Source: Eledone cirrhosa
Taxonomy: Eukaryota
Assembly (NCBI GenBank): GCA_964016885.1
Contig: OZ024741.1
Location: 10,664,001-10,728,000, forward strand
Length of the DNA stretch: 64,000 bases
Direction of reading: 5' to 3'
Shown: positions 61,601 to 64,000 of the stretch, in pieces
Layout of the letters: each line of letters starts with the position of its first letter
Position numbering within the stretch: the first letter of the stretch is position 1
Translations under genes and position numbers: made by a program
The notes under the pieces: generated by a model
What the model was told of the DNA's origin: nothing
The model's database searches: none
What the model saw: only the letters and a program-made list of their open reading frames with translations

Positions 61601-64000
61601 AAGATCAGTTCTCTAGAGTGGACATCTAAGGTCAGGTCTCTAGACTGGACAGCTAAGGTCAGATCTCTAGACTGGACATATATTAAGGTGAGGTCTCTAG
61701 ACTGGACATCTAAGGTGAGGTCTCTAGACTGGACATCTAAGGTCAGGTCTCTAGACTGGACATAATATTAAGGTCAGGTCTCTGGACGGGACCTCTAATT
61801 TTATGTCTATAGACTGGACATCTAAGGTCAGGTCTCTAGAGTGGACAACTAAGGTCAGGTCTCTAGACTGGACAGCTAAGGTCAGTTTTCTGGACTGGAC
61901 ATCTAAGTTCAGGTCCCTAGACTGGACATCTAAGGTCAGGTCTCTAGTCTGGACATCTAAGTTAAGATCACTAGACTGGACATCTAAGTCACGTCTCTAG
62001 ACTGGACATCTAAAGTCAGATCTCTAGACTGGACATCTAAGGTCAGTTCTCTAGAGTGGACATCTAAGGTCAGGTCTCTAGACTGGAAATCTAACGTCAG
62101 GTCTCTAGACTGGACATCTAAGGTCAGATCTCTAGACTGGACATCTAAGGTCAGATCTCGAGACTGGACATCTAAGGTCAGATCTCTAGCCTGGACATCT
62201 AAGGTCCGGTCTCTAGATTGGACATCTAAGGACAGGTCTCTAGACTGGACATATATTATGGTCAGTTCTCTAGACGGGACATGTAAGGTCAGGTCTCTAG
62301 ACTGGACATATATTAAGGTCAGGTCTCTAGACTGGACATGTATTAAGGTCAGTTCTCTAGACTGGACATCTATGGTCAGGTCTCTAGACTGGACATCTAA
62401 GGTCAGGTCTCTAGACAGGACATATATTAAGGTCAGGTCTCTAGACTGGACATCTATTGTCAGGTCGCTAGACTGGACATCTAAGGTCAGATCTCTAGAC
62501 TGGACATTTAAGGTCAGGTCTCTAGACTGGACATCTAAGGTCAGGTCTCTAGACTGGACATCTAAGGTCAGGTCTCTAGACTGGACATCTAACGTCAGGT
62601 CTCTAGACTGGACATCTAAGGTCAGGTCTCTAGAGTGGACAACTAAGGTCAGGTCTCTAGACTGGACATATATTAAGGTCAGGTCTCTAGACTGGACATA
62701 TATTAAGATCAGGTCTCTAGAGTGGACATATATTAAGGTCAGGTCTCTAGACTGGACATCTAAGGTCAGATCTCTAGACTGCACATCTAAGGTCAGGTCT
62801 CTAGACTGGACATCTAAGGTCAGGTCTCTAGACTGGACATATATTAAGGTCAGTTCTCATGACTGGACATCTAAGGTCAGGTTTCTAGACTGGACATATA
62901 TTAAGGTCAGCTCTCTAGACTGGACATCTAAGGTCAGGTCTCTAGAGTGGACATATATTAAGGTCATTTCTCTAGACTGGACATCTAAGCTCAGGTCTCT
63001 AGACTGGACATATATTAAGGGCAGATCTCTAGACTGGACATCTAAGGTCAGGTCTCTAGACTCGACATCTAAGGTCAGATCACTAGACTGGACATCAAAG
63101 TCACGTCTCTAGACTGGACATCTAAGGTCAGGTCTCTAGACTGGACATCTAAGATCAGGTCTCTAGCGTGCACATCTAAGGTCAGGTCTCTAGACTGGAC
63201 ATATATAAGGTCAGTTCTCTAGACTGGACATCTAACGTCAGGTCTCTAGACTGGACATCTAAGGTCAGATTCTAGACTGGATATCTAAGGTCAGGTCTCT
63301 AGACTTGACATCTAAGGTCAGGTCTCTAGACTGGACATATATTATGGTCAGGTCTCTAGACTGGACATCTAAGGTCAGATCTCTAGACTGGACGTCTAAT
63401 GTCAGGTCTCTAGACTGGACATCTAAGGTCAGTTCTCTAGAGTGGACATCTAAGGTCAGGTTTTAGGACTGGACAGCTAAGGTCAGGTCTCTAGACTGGA
63501 CAGCTAAGGTCAGATCTCTTGACTGGACATATATTAAGTTCAGGACTCTAGACTGGACTTCTAAGGTGAGGTCTCTGGACTGAACATCTAAGGTCAGGTC
63601 TCTAGACTGGACATATATTAAGGTCAGGTCTCTAGACTAGACAACAAAGGTCAGGTCTCTAGACTGGACATCTGAGGTCAGGTCTCTAGAGTGGACATCT
63701 AAGGTCAAGTCTCTAGAGTGGATATCTAAGGTCAGGTTTTAGGACTGGACAACTAAGGTCAGTTTTCTAGACTGGACATCTAAGTTCAGGTCTCTAGACT
63801 GGACATCTAAGGTCAGGTCTCTAGTCTGCACATCTCAGGTCAGGTCTCTAGACTGGACATATATTAAGGTCACGTCTCCAGACTGGTCATATATTAAGGT
63901 CACTTCTCTAGACTGGACATATATTAAGGTCAGGTCTCTAGTGTGGACATATATTAAGGTCACGTCACTAGAGTGCACATATATTAAGGTCAGGTCTCTA
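49680..64000. repeat. Satellite of 27-bp (TCTAGACTGGACATCTAAGGTCAGGTC) and 30-bp (TCTAGACTGGACATATATTAAGGTCAGGTC) monomers with higher-order structure; runs off the window end
   Basis: Directly visible; variant monomers recur at spacings of 1379, 1379 and 1325 bp. Confidence 0.97.

Noticed and set aside
54936-63112. SLDWTSKVR / VQSRDLTLD repeat ORFs on both strands
   Set aside because: They follow from monomer lengths being multiples of 3; 26-bp frameshifting monomers are fixed in the higher-order repeat
49680-64000. CRISPR-like array
   Set aside because: No unique spacers, no cas genes, and a eukaryotic context

Overview
AT-rich eukaryotic DNA, probably from an invertebrate animal, with no recognisable host gene. 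Bases ~1-49,680 are (TA)n microsatellite tracts packed with retroelements: Penelope-like elements (PLEs) of about four lineages (Hydra-, Nematis-, Neptune- and Poseidon-like), two CR1-group LINEs, an RTE-like 3' end and several small non-coding elements. Bases ~49,680-64,000 are a 27/30-bp satellite with a 50-monomer, 1,379-bp higher-order repeat. By eye I found about 15 hammerhead ribozyme (HHR) motifs. The most notable is a tandem trimer of a ~556-bp non-coding unit (36.9-38.5 kb), each copy carrying an unusually large type I HHR with a U3-A8 core variant, which looks like a retrozyme/circRNA system. Two other partial-tandem HHR units (523 and 316 bp) are present. A candidate -1 ribosomal frameshift links ORF1 to the AUG-less ORF2 of one LINE. 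Clade names come from recalled protein motifs, and RNA structures are hand-paired, not computed.
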